NCBI GenBank assembly: GCA_045655765.1
Contig: JAZOQA010000057.1
Location: 1 to 56,559, forward strand
DNA: 56,559 nucleotides
Direction: 5' to 3'
DNA from: Eubacteriales bacterium
GTDB lineage: Bacteria; Bacillota; Clostridia; Oscillospirales; CAG-272
Part shown: positions 56,403-56,559 of the stretch, in pieces
Numbering within the stretch: position 1 is the first letter of the stretch
How the letters are laid out: every line of letters starts with the position of its first letter
Made by a program: the position numbers and the translations under genes
The notes under the pieces: model-generated
Seen by the model: the letters and a program-made list of their open reading frames with translations, nothing else
Databases searched by the model: none
What the model was told of the DNA's origin: nothing

Positions 56403-56559
56403 TCAGATAAATATAAACCATATAAGCTTGCTTACGATGTGGAACAACGCATGTCCTGCCATAGCGTAAACGATGCCATACTTACGATAGAGCCAACCAA
56501 ACACAAGACCAAATCCGCCGTTAAACAAAAAACAACGGAGCAGGAGCAGCGATGTCAGC
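56403..56559 (-). CDS. CPBP-family (CAAX/Abi-like) intramembrane protease, C-terminal 51 codons (gene continues beyond the window)
   Basis: The minus-strand frame reads ...FNGGFGLVFGWLYRKYGIVYAMAGHALFHIVSKLIWFIFI*, typical of the last TM helix and His motif of CPBP proteases. It is not in the ORF track because it is truncated. Confidence 0.6.
   Translation of the reverse strand, partial: LTSLLLLRCFLFNGGFGLVFGWLYRKYGIVYAMAGHALFHIVSKLIWFIFI

Noticed and set aside
56063-56410. 115-aa plus-strand ORF upstream of the LeuA-like gene
   Set aside because: It lies antisense to the T-box leader and its promoter. The RNA elements explain the sequence fully.
1-56559. CRISPR arrays, IS elements or transposases, integrases, toxin-antitoxin pairs and restriction-modification or other recognisable defence genes
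   Set aside because: I looked for repeat-spacer periodicity, DDE or tyrosine-recombinase motifs, and typical defence domains in all listed ORFs. I found none. The only repeats are the short ones reported above.

Overview
56.6-kb chromosomal window from a Clostridia-type Firmicute. This is supported by PolC, a split transketolase, NifS-NifU-MnmA, a T-box leader, GGAGG ribosome-binding sites and sigma-A TTGACA/TATAAT promoters. A Ruminococcaceae/Oscillospiraceae-like origin is only a guess. Left to right: (1) 1-7700 (+): a near-complete shikimate/aromatic amino-acid operon, pheA'-aroB-aroC-aroE::aroK-aroQ-aroA-tyrA-DAHP synthase, with overlapping stop/start codons. (2) 7735-21719 (-): the most unusual part. 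It is a 13.8-kb seven-gene operon with its own consensus promoter and a 150-nt structured leader. It encodes a 1236-aa solute-binding protein with a ~690-aa N-terminal extension containing two carbohydrate-binding-module (CBM)-like regions, two complete MalF/MalG-type permease pairs, a 728-aa NHL-propeller/TPR/Yip1 membrane protein and a 1318-aa exported protein of unknown function. It has no ATPase and no regulator. (3) 22088-24853 (-): nifS-nifU-mnmA, followed by glcK (+). (4) An XRE-type membrane regulator with an ABC exporter, a YfcE-like phosphoesterase, and three small unknown proteins. (5) 30776-41630 (-): the conserved housekeeping block polC-ispG-rseP-dxr-cdsA-uppS-frr-pyrH, followed by the split transketolase. 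(6) A membrane protein, a DUF1273/SLOG protein, and a CDF metal exporter with an 11-His tail whose promoter faces that of a TetR gene. (7) ssrA (tmRNA), an AEC transporter, a flippase-like membrane protein, and a 745-bp ORF-free gap. (8) 51075-56346 (-): a leucine (CUC) T-box-controlled operon. It encodes a LeuA-like protein whose catalytic motifs appear lost but whose regulatory domain is kept, a TIM-barrel::acyl-AMP ligase fusion interrupted by an in-frame TAA, and an amidohydrolase. A partial CPBP protease gene lies at the right edge. I saw no rRNA, tRNA, CRISPR array, transposase or integrase. All calls come from reading the translations and the DNA by eye. No database search was run.
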